From Lytechinus pictus (taxonomy: Eukaryota), in assembly GCF_037042905.1 (NCBI RefSeq), contig NC_087251.1, forward strand, positions 42,720,001 through 42,784,000: a stretch of DNA of 64,000 nt, in the 5' to 3' direction. The notes beneath the pieces are model-generated. The model did no database searches. It saw only the letters and a program-made list of their open reading frames with translations, and was not told the origin of the DNA. The translations under genes were made by a program, and so were the position numbers. Positions 27,224-40,653 of this stretch are shown here, piece by piece (position 1 is the stretch's first letter; each line of letters starts with the position of its first letter).

Positions 27224-27450
27224 TACTGTGACATCTTTAATGGTTTGACTGCGATTCCTCCTGGTCACAAGCTCTGTGGAAGTGGTACTTATAATCCCGA
27301 GACACATCTGTGTTGCGATGACCACGTTCATTCGATCGACCCTCGTGCCAATGCCCGCACAGATTGCTGTGGTTTCTATGCCTATGACAAGACCTGGCAA
27401 TCCTGTCTCCTTGGAAAGGTCTTCGATGGGATTCCTCAAGAATATGCAGG
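27224..27450 (+). CDS. Galaxin-like protein exon 9
   Basis: YCDIFNGLTAIPPGHKLCGSGTYNPETHLCC...QEYA; TATAG/GTAGGT, phase 0-2. Confidence 0.85.
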
Positions 27451-27931
27451 GTAGGTTTCCCTTTCTCTCTGTCTGTCTCTCTCTTGCGCTCTCTCCCCAT
27501 CTTTCTTTATCATTTGTAAATAATTACATGCAGTCATATTAACAATTATTTGGGCCCTGTTGCATAAAAGTTACTATTATGGTAACTTTTACCATCCAAT
27601 GGTAACTACCATGGTAACGCTGATCAACATCCAATCAGAATCAAGGATTCCATGCAAGTTACCATTGGATGGCAAAGATACCATGATAGTAAATTTTATG
27701 CAGTGGAGCCCTGATCCATTTTCTGATTGTCATTATCAATGGTAAGAAATATTTGTCATCTTAGTTTGTGGGCAAAGAGTTGATTGAAATATCCTGCCAT
27801 CTTTCCAATTAAGATCAATATATACTTGCACCTTACTATCCAGGTATCATACCGGGTCATTTCACATGGAATTGGTTGCAGTTCATTGCTGTCACTTTAA
27901 TAATTGGCTTAATTTTCTCCGTTTCCTCCAG

Positions 27932-28251
27932 ATATTGCCGCGATAAGGTATTTGACAACCGAACCGACAAGTGCGACATCAATTTTGAGATCCGTCCTAT
28001 TAGCGAGGTGATGGTGTATCCGGAGAGGTGCGGCACCGAACCTTACGATCCTGCCTATAAGGAATGCTGTAATGGGGTGCTGATAGCATCCGGCTTCACC
28101 TGCTGTGAGGGCCTACGAGCTTGGGAGACCCCAGGGACATTGCTAGGAGAAGGCCAATGTTGCTCCAATCCACGGGATGGCTCTTCTAAAGGCTACAACT
28201 CTCAAACACATGTCTGCTGCCTGGGAGAGGTTTACGACAGCAGAGGAAGAG
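27932..28251 (+). CDS. Galaxin-like protein exon 10
   Basis: YCRDKVFD...CGTEPYDPAYKECCNG...HVCCLGEVYDSRGR; TCCAG/GTAAAA, phase 2-1. Confidence 0.9.
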
Positions 28252-28772
28252 GTAAAAACCAGGAATACCTGTGGCTTAAAGGAATTTTGGATTGTAATTC
28301 ATGATCTGCATCCAATAACTGTAACAGCCAGTGTCCTGTTTCATTGTTATAATAACAATTGCACAATTTCTAAAAAAAAATATATACTATTATAGCCAAT
28401 CAGATTGAAGGATTTCAGTAGCTTTCAACTGTTATTGCAAATTTGTTATTACAAGTTTTATGAGCCCCAGGGCCCATTTCATGCAAGTTGTCAACACAAA
28501 CAAGTTGTAATTAATCAAACAACATTGACGACCTTGACTATCTGACTCTTGATACAGCAACTAAGATTAGAATACAAGTAGATATTCTTGGGAGGATTTT
28601 CCTCCATTCTACTTTAATTTCTCACTCCAGATTCATGAACAACTTTCCCTTGTCTCTTGAGAAAAAAACTTTGTTGGTTTCTATATAGATCACATGCTGT
28701 AAGATCACACAAGAGAACTGTTAAGGTGAATATTTTCTGATAATAACTGGGATGCCTACTTTATTTTAACAG

Positions 28773-29004
28773 ATATCGAATGCTGTGGCTCAAATGCCTA
28801 CGAACCTTCAGACTCTAGTTCTATGTGCTGCGGACAGCGCATCCATGACGTCGCCGACGGAAAGACGGAATGCACAGGGACCACGCCGCACCGGACTGAC
28901 CAGGTTGTCTGCGATGGGGTCGTTCATCAAGCCGCCTCCAACAAAGTCTGCTGCGGGAAGAGTCTTATAGACCCAGAGAACCGTGTATGCTGCAATGATG
29001 TTCC
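28773..29004 (+). CDS. Galaxin-like protein exon 11
   Basis: DIECCGSNAYEP...RVCCNDV; AACAG/GTAAGT, phase 1-2. Confidence 0.9.
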
Positions 29005-29505
29005 GTAAGTACAAGCTAGTGTTACAATCAAGGCAGGGGACAAAAATAGATCGGGGCTTGGGTCGATTTTTACCCCAAAATGCTTGAAATAGCCCTGGAA
29101 AATAAAAAGAAAGAGCCCCAGGAAACCCCATTCACTGCAATGTTGTAGGCAGTAGACTGCGAAAAGTAGCCCTTTTTGCCTCGATCAAGGAAATGTGCCT
29201 GAGACCAATGTGAGGATTGGCTGTTGCTCTGATCATGATTTTCTAGATGTCTATTGCATCAAACTTGAATGATAATTGTGTCAACGATTGAAACAAACTT
29301 TGGTGACATCTTTTAAAAAGCAGAACTCAAAGTTAACGTTCAAGTTTGTCAATAATGGCATAGCACAATATCTGTTCATATGGAATCTAATAAAATGAAT
29401 GTTTTGCCTCAGAAGACAGTCAGTCAGAGAAATATTGGTCTATCAGAAAGAATCAACGAGGTGGAAATATGCCAGTCCTAATAACCCGTATATGTTTGCT
29501 TTCAG

Positions 29506-30022
29506 ATACGCGAAAGAAAGTCAAAACACCCAATGCTGTGGCAAGGTATCTTACGATTCATCAACCCAAACATGCTGCGAGTCTTCTGTCTACCAACGTC
29601 GATCCTCAGATCACGAATGCTGCGGCCATCTCTATTACGACACCCAGGAACAGGAATGCTATCAGACAGGGGGACATTCTTACGTTTTCAGCACTGACGC
29701 ACTGGAGGATGAAGCCATGCTGTGCCTGACGGGAAGTTACGACTCCACTCGGCATACGTGTTGTGGGGGCATCCTCCACAAGCACATCGTCAACGGCGAG
29801 TGCTGCGGGCACCGGGTTGTGCGCAACCCCGATGAAGAGATATGCTGCGGCGGGAAGTTGAAGCGCAAGGAACGCGGATACACGGAGTGCTGCGGAGGGA
29901 ATCTCTACAACCCCAAGGTGAACCAGTGCTGCGGAGGGAAGATCTTATCACGTTACTCCAACTTCCGTCAATGCTGCAATGATCGCATCATTCGTACGGG
30001 CGAAGAGTGTGTAAATAACTAG
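29506..30022 (+). CDS. Galaxin-like protein exon 12 (terminal)
   Basis: YAKESQNTQCCGKVSYD...RQCCNDRIIRTGEECVNN*; acceptor TTTCAG. The 12 exons sum to 2691 nt (896 aa + stop). Confidence 0.9.
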
Positions 30023-32871
30023 TCATTGTTGGCTAACGCAAGTTACACTGAAATATTCTTACCAAGAAAATCAGTTCTGAGTATCTTAAGTAAATGTACA
30101 TGATCTGATATTTATTTGCGAAATTGATAGATGTGATACTCCTCACCTATTCATCATGCTTTTATTCAGTAAACTGTTGTTTCAGATTGAATTTCCATTC
30201 ATGACCCTGCTGCCTTGTTACTTAAAAATTCACGGCATAATTATGACAAGCCATCAGTATTTTTAAAAAATTGTTTCATATAAGGAATATAGTTATTCAA
30301 GGAAAGAAAAATTACAGCACCTTGATATTTTTGTAATTAATATGCTATTTATTCATGGCCTTGATAAAGAAAGCAAGACTTGAAATTATTTTGTATACTT
30401 GTATTTCATATTTACATGTAGCCAATTGCATACAGTATGTATGACTGGCCCCTTATATGTGGGATCATTCCGAAATGATTTGTCTCTCTTTCTACTTCAT
30501 ATTAAATGTTGTCATGCTCTCTGATTATTGTTGCTTGAGAATTTCATGACATATAGATTAAGAATGGAGGATTATTGGCATCGGACATATAAAAACGTTG
30601 ATTATTTCAAAGAATTGCCCATGTTTTGAAATTATATGTATTATTCATGAAGAAACGATATCTTACTACATTTTATGTTATCAATGTATTTATATATATA
30701 TGTTGTTTGTTTTTCTTGTATACATGTACAAGTAAATAATATGTTCACAAAGCAGCCAGATTTAGAAGAGATATTATCTTGTATGTCAAATTGACACATA
30801 TCAAATATGCTGAAAGTGAATTATACTTGGATATATACCAGTGTTTCACCACTACCATGTAGTGGCGAACTCGTGGGAGAAGAATAAATAACTCGCTATG
30901 TCACTAGCTTGTTCATATGTATCGGCCATTCATAGGCCACAACTAATGTGTAAGTAATTATCGGCATTTCTGCTAAATGATCTTCCATGTGGAAGCAAAG
31001 AAATTTTTTAGTTCATAAGAATAGATTGTATAGAACTTTGGTCACTTTTAGAGTTCTAGGATTTAAGTATTTATGGTTTACTTTTATTACAATGTTGCTT
31101 TATATTTGAATAGTTTAAATACCAATTATTTGCTTCCGTAATTGTGTTATGTTTAATAAGATTTGATGCCGTGGCCAATGTCAATATTCCATTTTTACAA
31201 ATTTTGAAGGTGTTTTGAATTTTGTGTTCGATCGAATTGAATACACGCTAAATGAGAGAGAAATATTTCAAATTATGTATTTCCACATTACAACTACTGG
31301 AATTATTACAAATAAAGTTAATACATATTACATTCCTCTGGAATTCATCCAAATTATTATGATTGCAATGCATCTTCTTTTGCTGAGAAATCAGTTTAAT
31401 TCATGAAATATATGTTTTCATCATTATGAAGATAAATGGAGACAAAATTATAATATGAATGTACAAGCATATCATTTTATAAGCATCTGCTTTACCTCAA
31501 AACCTGATGTCAATATTCTCTCTCAAGAAGAGGTAGAATGCAGCCTTTTAGAACATATTTCCACTTATATACTTTCTATTTTTGAACATTCAATGAACAG
31601 TTTCCTAAACCACATCTCTTTTGTAATTGTTAAGTAGTGAAAGTGATGTATAGAAACCACCTTGTCCCATTGAAACTTTAGATGTTTTGTTCAAAGCTAC
31701 TTCATATTTTCTGAGGTCAGAGCATAATTTAAGGGTGATTTTATCTTGATGAGACCATTGCAGGATACCGGTATGCACTATGTGCATTTAAATTTGCTAT
31801 ATATATATATAATATGCGTGCAATGCTCTTGATCTAATGAATCTGTACTTTCACAATCACGGCAACAAGTCTTTCCAATTATGGTGATGTCAAGTCTTTC
31901 CAACCACGACATGATGTTAAAGGACAATCAAACCTTAGTAATCTAATGATTCGAGTGGAGTAGAGGATATTGAAAATATCATTTTTTTTTCTCAACACAC
32001 TGAAAACTTTACCTCAAAGTTTTTTTGGCAATCAATTGCTGCCTCTATCGGTGATGTATCCCGAACTAGCTTTGCTGGCATAATGATGAAAATTTTGAGG
32101 AAAAAATCGAGATTTTCAGTATAATTTCGCTGGCAATCATCTAAACCTGATAGTAATAGGGTATACAGACGCGGATCCAGGCTGGGAGGGGGGGGGTGGT
32201 GCACAGTAAACTTTGAAAATATACTGATGTACCCTAAAATGGATGCACCCTGTAAAATGGAGTGATGACCTTTTTTTTTCTTGTCAAAATTTTTGGGAGA
32301 CAAATAGGTCTTCATTTTGGACTGTTGATCCCATAAAATTCCGACCCTAGATCCGCGTCTGGTATGGTAAAGTCATGAAGCTTTGCCCCCCAAAATATGA
32401 GATTTAAGTTGTCGATGGGGCATAAATTTTGCATTTTTGAGGATAAGCAAATGTGGGAGCTAACTCTGTTTATTTGTAACTATTTGGCCAATTTGAAATC
32501 ATGCATATGACTATTGAAAACCCATGATCTTCTCGTGTGTCAGATCTCCTTATCTGCTATTCATCTTCCAAGCAGACCCACTTAACATAAAAGTTTTTTT
32601 TCCCTGTAGGGGTCTTCAAGTGTATTCTACCTGAATTCATGAAATTAATAGATTTATATATGTAGGTCTGGATAATGAAAGTGTCATTGATTAGGGTTTT
32701 ACTTCATGAAGTTGTAGTTGGTGAAAGTTTCAATAAATTGCATTTAGTTTGAAAGGATAGATATAGAACCCTGTTGTTTTTTTTTTTTTACATGACAATG
32801 ACTTTGAAACATCAAGTGTGTGAGCAAGACAAGAGGAAATTGAATGTTATGGAAAGGTAGGGGAAACTAAA

Positions 32872-33413
32872 AGGCCAAATCCATTCCAACGATAAGTGGA
32901 TTTGAAAGAATAAAGAAAATCTTACAATAAAATTTAATAAAAATTACATGTTTACTAGAAAAGAAATGTCATATGTTTTGCTTATTTTCACATACAATTA
33001 AGTGCACATCCTGACAAATGCACATCCTTACATGAATTTGGAGAGCCAATGATACCACACTATATCTTATACATTTTATTACATAAATTATCAAATACCC
33101 CCCCCCCCCTTTATTATATTCTGTATGGAACATACTCATGATGTCATGGAGATCATCACATATAAGATCTTTAAATAAAATGATTGTTTTCATATTTCAT
33201 ATAATAAAACATAAATGAAATAGCTACTGTGAGACTCCATCTGCTCCTTCATTTGCATATGATCGGGATGTGTATATAACCATTCTATGAAAATAAGGAT
33301 AACCTACTTATTTTACATCCGATTTTGGTTAAAAATATCAAGTAGACTAATGCGTGTCATATTTTTCTATTATTATTTTGTTACAAATCAACTTGTTGGA
33401 GTGGACTTGACCT
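32872..33413. mobile_element. Degenerate Kolobok-like MITE
   Basis: Right end GGAGTGGACTTGACCT|TTAA; body similar to 3335-3922. Confidence 0.6.
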
Positions 33414-33749
33414 TTAACAAGTGATGAGAGAGACAGCGAGAAAGAAAATAATGAAAGATTAATAGATAGTGTAAGTATGTAAGTGAAAGAAAGAGAGAAG
33501 TAGGGGAGAGAAAAAGGAAAACGGTTGGAAAACAATCAGACAGTGCCCTACTTGAAAGTGAGGTCTCTTTGTTTCATCTTTCCTAATAATAATAATAATA
33601 ATGCAGTTCTTGTATAGCGCATATCACATGTCATAACATCCCTATGCGCTTTAAAAGGACTTGGATATTATTACCCTGGCTTTTTCCTAGTTCTGCAAAG
33701 GGTATTGGAGTGCATGAACAGCGTGATGTACATATCAAGTAAGAAATAA

Positions 33750-35927
33750 GGGTCCGTTTTCTGAACTTGGGTTTAATTCAAACTGTGGTCTAAAGTTGTT
33801 TTTCTATGGATAGTAAATTGGGACAGGTGTCTGTAACAGGATAGGTTCACTTTATCAGCTCATTTGACTCTCAAATCATCCTTAACTGACTGGGAATGAT
33901 TAGTGAAATACTTCTATTCATCATTAACTTGGGAGGGAGGAGCCAAGTAAAGATGTATAACACACTGGCCCGCATTCTGAAGTCGGGTTTAACTTAGACC
34001 ATGGTCTAACTCTGTGCTAAGATTATGGGGAGCCAAAAACTCAAAAATTCTGTTTACATTGCATATTTTTTATGTTTACTATTTTGTTTCCATTTGCTTT
34101 CATAATGAAGAAAAAAATATTTCAGTTATCATTCCTAGCAGTTATGAATGATTTTAGTGTCATGTGAGTTAATAAATTGAACATGTACACATAGAGTTTT
34201 GTGCCCAGTCAGACGGCAGGTCCCAAGAAAGTGGCTTCTTTCATCCAAGTGATATTCATGACTCGAGATGTTTTGCATATTTAATGAGCTTGATGCGGAC
34301 CAAAACGCCTCTTTTCATTCGGTCATTGCTGCTCTAATTGTGCATCGAATTTCATGATTTTGGTATCATTGTAAAGAATCATTCTTTCAGGTCATGTGTT
34401 TGAATTTATTCAAAAATTTTGTAATATAGGTTAAAATTTTGATCTAAAATATGCTACAAAATAATTATTTTCACCTGACAAAAGCTGCTATTTTCACACT
34501 TTATTTTTGTTTGAGCCCAAATGATTTTTAGATCATGATAAAGCTGGATATGTATGCTTTAAAATGGTATAGGTTTCAAAATAAGAATTGGTTTAATCGG
34601 GTCAAGATCACACTTTTCATTGGCCAAGTACATAAAGCAGCTTGAAAACAAGAATACTGCACTCTGATTGGTCAAAGAGACCACACACTGGCAAATTCCA
34701 ACGGTTCTAGTGCCTGGGTTCATGGGAAGGTCCTATGCAGTGGCGTACCTAGGATTTTCCACAGGGGGGGCAAAATCGGCCGCCAAAAAATTTGACAAGC
34801 AAAAAAAAAAACAAAAAAAAAAAAAAAAAAAAAAGTCTTCAATACAAAAATTTAGGTTTTCGTACCAGAAAAAAATTTGACAAGCAAAAAAAAAAAAAAA
34901 AAAAGGCTTAAACCTCGTCAGGGGGGCAAAAAAGGTCTTTTAAGCTCGTCAGGGGGGGGGCAGGTATATGTCTTTTGTATGAGTAGTGGCTCGTCAGGGG
35001 GGGCACTCTGCCCCCCCGTAGGTACGCTAGTGGTCCTATGTGGTAATCTCCTCAAATTACCCGCGCCTGTTGTTCTGTGAACCTTATCCAGCCAATCAGA
35101 ACTCTGGATTTCATGCAAGTACAAAATTTCAGAAATCTCGTCTTGTACCTTGGTGGGAAAAGTGTGATCTTGACCCGATTAAAAGGTGCCGCATATCAAG
35201 AGAGGCATTGTGAGAAAGTACAGAAGTTCAGCTTTATGCTTCAAGCACCTTTGTGCTTATAATAGCTGGCCCCTGTATTTTACCGAACTATATCACATGC
35301 TTAGGTATGGTTTAATTATCAGTCTTTTCTGTATTATTTACAATGTATCTCTTTAATTGTCACATTTAAATTGTATTCATTCAATTATGTGAACATGTTA
35401 ATTTATTATTGATTTATGAATAAAATGCAGAAACTCCTGCAAATATATATCATTGAGGCTCAAAATAAAAAGTTTTGCACAATTTGCAAAAGGAAACAGA
35501 GGAAGAAAATTCCGTTTTGAGGCACATTTTCAGGCCAGAAATTTACTTATTCATCAAAATATTGTATACAAAATAAATGACCAATATGAAAGAGTAACAT
35601 TTACTCTATCTGATGGTGCAATAATATTTCATTTAACTTGATGTTTTAACAGGTAAATTCTTAGAGAAAGAAAATTTGCAAGGAGGATTCAACCACGAGA
35701 TGATTTGGATGAATCTGGCCTTTTTGCTCATTAGCATAGGGACCTGCGGTCTGACTTTGTCCCAACTGGCTATCCATAGTTAAACCACAACTTCAAACAA
35801 GGGTTCAATTTAAACCAGAGTTCAGAATACGGGCGTAAGTATGTAATTTTGAAGTATTTGGCTTCCCATAATTTTAGGACAGAGTTAGACCATGGCCTAA
35901 GTTAAACTGGTCTTCAGATAATGGCTC
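33750..35927. mobile_element. Four-level transposon nest
   Basis: Outer MITE 33750-35927 > same-family MITE in opposite orientation 33967-35835 > TIR element 34206-35757 (CAGTCAGACGGCAGGTCCC/GGGACCTGCGGTCTGACT) > hAT MITE 34738-35032 with exact TSD GTCCTATG. Confidence 0.75.
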
Positions 35928-38280
35928 ATAGGGTTTTACATTTATTTTATTTATGAAATAATAATAGGTTTTAAAGAGGTACAAAAACAATAGTCATACG
36001 CTCATGGACAAAATTCTGTGTCCGTTATGTTTATATCAAATGCCTACAAACTGAAAAAAGACTTATCACGAAAGGCCATGTGAATGTGGGCGCTCGTTCA
36101 CACATTCACCTGGGTCTCGCCAACTCTCTTCGTTGTCAGTTAGTCTAGTTTCAGCCAATACTCAAAAGGAAATTTAGCCACGTCACAAGGCCTTGTCAAA
36201 GGCTAATCAAAATGGTTAAGAGTGCCTGTGACTGTGACCCCTCATCGAATCAGAATTAAAAAATTAATAAACATCTGAAAAAAAAGTTACATAGACTATC
36301 TTCACAAAGCCATGTGCCATTGGCAACAAAATATTGCTGACGAGTAACTGGAAAGTCCCATCTTGGATCCTCGGCTGGCAACCAAAGGGGGGAAAAAAGT
36401 AGAAGTGAGACACCCCCCAGTAATATAAAAATGTAGAAGGGTAATCAAGGCAGACAGGTCAAAATATCATAATTATATTAACCTGTGAACTATAAATACA
36501 TTAAATTAATATAAAATGATAAAAGCAATATTTCAGGTTTTAATAATACCACATGGGGCTTTTAATGATGAAATTATAAATTGCATATGATGGAATACAT
36601 CTATAAATTTTGATATTCATTCATTGTAAATATGAAATTTTGAAAATAGATATTTGAAACATAGTGTATACTTCCTCCACTACATGTACCAAGCAGACAG
36701 AATTGTTATACACGATGAATTATGAAATCTAATATTATATTACACATCCATAAAAGAAGAATGGTATTATAAAATAGATGTAAAGAGTGGAATACATGTA
36801 ATAACATCAGTTTGTAACAGAATGGAATTCTGTCTTTATAGCACACAAGTAAACATCCAATTATTGCAGTGAATATGTATTTCTCAACTTACATTAAACA
36901 TACCAGGCTTTAGTGTTTCCCCTTTATTTTCTCCTTGTCAATATCTAGATTCATTCTTTGACCTAAAATCCACAGAACAATTCCAAAAAGTCCAACCTTC
37001 ACAGGGTTTAGATTACAGATAATTAGAACAGTCCGATGATGAACACGAACAATCAGAATGAAAACCCATATTATCTGTTTCTCCAATGCAAAACTTCATT
37101 GAGTGGTGTGTTCTATATAAAAAAATTATTTCCATACTTACTCCCCCCCCCCTAAAAAATATATTTGAGTTAGCTTTAGAGTTCTACATAAATTTTGTAG
37201 GTATGTTTTTTAATCAACTATCAATCTTACATATTTGAATGGATATATCAGTGAACTTTCAGGTAACTTTGAAGAATTAAACTATTATGAACCCTTTCTG
37301 AAATTTATTCCTCTATTCTTCACTAGTACTCCTCATTATAATACACCAGGGTAACACAAAGCTTAGCAATGATCGTAGAACATTTTTCTACGATTGATTT
37401 CATTGACTACAATGTACAATCAAATTGTGAAAATCAAGCGTAAAATTAAACGCTAACCTTTGTGTTATGGGACCCTGAACTGCCCAAAGTCAAAACATAT
37501 TTCTGGTTCTTTTCATTATCATTATTTTGATATCACTAAATTATCATCAACTCTCCTTGAAAGAAAATATGTCCCCAAGAAGAGGAGGATCTTGGACACA
37601 GCTCAGAATTAGCATGCTAAAGTTATATATATCTATAATGATGTCCAGCATCAAGGATAGTCCAAGGAAACATCCCCCTCCCTCAAAATCAAATGATCAT
37701 GGAAAAAAAATTAACAGAATGATTTATCTTATCTTTCCACTTCGAATAAAGACACTATTCTGAATTATCATCCACACAGCACCACATACTGGAAGATCGG
37801 ACACATTTCAAGAGACTGGTGATATATTATCACTTGCCATTTTACCCTAAGGCTTAGTTAGAATTAAGTGACAAAGTACATGTCAAGTTACATTTTTACC
37901 CATCGGTGATGAGTATCAAACAAACCTCTAAGGTTGGTTCTACCTGTTTTTCATGACTAGTTTGCAGGCAAGGATTATTTGTCATATAAATAGCAATGTT
38001 AGCCATGCCCAAGCCAACTTGACTGGTACTTAGCTGCCAAGATCACAAAAGCCTATGTTCTCATCGTCCCTCTCCGGGCAAGATCATTTCCAAACTTAGC
38101 ATCAAACAGTATTCATCTTGTGCTTCCCTGCAGATCCAGGTGACGTCCCTCATACCACAGGTGCGTTTCATGACGCATCTTGTCAGTAATTTCCACTGAC
38201 AAATGGGCTCTGAGCCAATCAGATGCCAGCATTTCAGTAGATTATAACAATTAGTGCAAATCACTATTTGTCTAATGAAA

Positions 38281-38724
38281 TGCTCCCCATATATCATGTG
38301 AGATGGACGGATCCTGGAGCCCGACTCAGTTCTAACGATATCCCGATGTCTTCCAGATGCCCAACCCATGACCATGTGTCATGAAGCATCTTGTCAGTGC
38401 TGTTTAGAGACAAATGCAAGGATTTGCAGTAGCTTATAACAAGTGCTCCCCATATATCATGTGAGATGGACAGATCGTAGAGCCTGACTCAATTCTAACG
38501 ACATCCCGAAGTCTTCCAGATGCCCAACCTATGACCATGTGTCATGAAGCATCCTGTTAGTGCTTTGTAAAGACAAATTAGCTGTGAGCCAGTCGGATGC
38601 AAGGATTTGCAGTAGCTTATAACAAGTGCTCCCCATACATCATGTGAGATGGACGGATCCTAGAGCCTGACTCAGTTCTAACGTGTTCATGTCCTGGTGT
38701 CTCCCAGACGCCCAACCCATGACC
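38281..38724. repeat. Triplicated 163-183-bp unit containing the TFB2M C-terminal codons and stop
   Basis: TGCTCCCCATA.ATCATGTGAGATGGAC...CCCAACC.ATGACC starts at 38281, 38444 and 38627. Confidence 0.85.
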
Positions 38725-38874
38725 TCCTCTCCCATCCATGCTCCGTTGAAGTTATCCAGCTTACAGATGCGACAGAAGATGGCCAGGAAATCATCGCCGC
38801 TGACATCCCCAGTCAGCGTCTTCCTGCCGTACCCGAACTCAGCAATCACATCGGAACTACCGGGGGCCCAGGCT
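38640..38874 (-). CDS. TFB2M: TFB2M coding exon 7 (terminal)
   Basis: AWAPGSSDVIAEFGY...VSGDDFLAIF...GAWMGEE...VHLT*; acceptor TTCTTGCAG; phase 2 joins the previous exon. Confidence 0.85.
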
Positions 38875-38930
38875 CTGCAAGAACAGAACAATCGATTCTT
38901 TTAGAGAAATGTATCTCTGCTGAGGTGTTA

Positions 38931-39460
38931 AAGGACAATAAAAACCTTGCATCAAGTCAGCTTGTGCGAAAACAGGAAAATATAAGAATAAGATGAAAGT
39001 TTGAGAACAATAAGTTATGAGCATTTGAATGTCACAATCACTATGCTATGGAGATCCTCACATTGGCAATGCGACCAAGATTTGTGATGTCACAAGAGTA
39101 CAACTCTTCCCTTTTACAGTGAAAACATACCCCCAAAATATCTAAATTTTGCTCATTCCAATGACGGTATCAACTCTCTGTATTTTGATATTTTTATGTC
39201 CTCCCATGAAAAAAGCACTTAATCTATTGATGTACTTGATAAAGTGGCAATTTAAGCAAACTCCGTAGTAAAGTAACTGGGTAGTTGTCCAACTGACATA
39301 ACACATGTTGGTCGCACTGCCAATCAATACTGATGTCAAAATTCAAATGAACTTTCTTATTATTTGTTAGGCCTATATCTTTCTCAAACTTTCATTGATT
39401 TGTTTCTTCAATTTTCCTGCTTTCACACAGGCTAACTTGTTCTTAGGGCTTTATTCTCAT
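38931..39460. mobile_element. Degenerate TTAA-flanked Kolobok-like MITE
   Basis: TTAA|AGGACAATAAAAACC ... GGGCTTTATTCTCAT|TTAA. Confidence 0.5.
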
Positions 39461-39902
39461 TTAAAACCTTGGATCTCAAAATTTGAAATTCTCCAGAACA
39501 GCACAGAAAAAGCTTGATCTTAGAGTTTTTACACAAGTAGGAACCTTCTTTTGCCTAGGAGGAATTCTCTAAAGGAATTAGGAGACTGTTTTCAGACAAT
39601 AAGAGGTTGCCATCATTGCCATACTTCTAAAATACAATTAAAAAAATAAGATACAAGGTTTAACATAGCAGTGATGGTGTGTGAATAAGATCATGAATAT
39701 CTTATCACTTCTCTTTGACATCAAAGTTGCAATTGATAATTCAATTTCCCGGTCATAAAAGAAAAGGCACGCACAAGCACTATCTAAATGACAGCTTGAA
39801 TGGTTGCTATGCAGGCTCTAGTGTTGTTTGAACACTTGCGATTGTTCGCAATGACACATAGTTATGGCAAGTTGCAGAGCATTGTGTATTGTTTTGCTTA
39901 TT

Positions 39903-40383
39903 ACTGCCTCCTGTGACATCACAAGAGGCAAAAAATGATAGAGTGGATTTTAATTTGGCGGGGCCCAGTATACTGCAGATAAATGCAAGAAAAAAGAAAT
40001 AAAAATAATAAAATATGATGCACATCTAAACTCAAGGAGGTAATGATTTAGTGAAGTAGAGACTGCCTCCTGTGACATCACAAGAGGGAAAATAAGATAT
40101 AGTGGATTTTAATTGGGCGGGGCTTAGTATACTGCAGATAAATGCAAGAAAAACGAAATAAAAATAATGAAATGATATGATGCACATCTAAACTCAAGGA
40201 GATAATGATTTAGTGAAGTAGAGACTGCCTCCTGTGACATCACAAGAGGGAAAATAAGATATAGTGGATTTTAATTGGGCGGGGCTTAGTATACTGCAGA
40301 TAAATGCAAGAAGAACGAAATAAAAATAATGAAATGATATTAGGCACATCTAAACTGAAGGAGGTAATGATTTAGTGAAGTAG
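39903..40383. repeat. Tandem repeat, 3 x ~160 bp, in last TFB2M intron
   Basis: ACTGCCTCCTGTGACATCACAAGAGG starts at 39903, 40062 and 40223. Confidence 0.9.
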
Positions 40384-40459
40384 AACTTGTACACATAAAT
40401 TGAAGATAACATGAATTTGCATGTCAGGGGACCTTTAAGAGAATGAGAAAGAAGCGTAC

Positions 40460-40629
40460 TCAATGATTTTCTCCAGCTTCTCCTTGCGTCTTGCTAGGGC
40501 CTGCCTGACGAAGAAGACGAAGATGAATGCCTGCCATTGCTCCATCTGATGCCTGTTGAAGAGATCTCTCCTTGGTGTGATCTGAACCAGACACAGATCC
40601 TCAAACTTCTTCTCTACAGCCTCAGCAGC
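40460..40629 (-). CDS. TFB2M: TFB2M coding exon 6
   Basis: AAEAVEKKFEDLCLVQITPRRDLF...FFVRQALARRKEKLEKII; resembles the TFB2M LIQMIPRQNLF/HCFGRR region as recalled; phase 0-2. Confidence 0.9.
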
Positions 40630-40653
40630 CTGTAAACAACAATTATAATGCCG

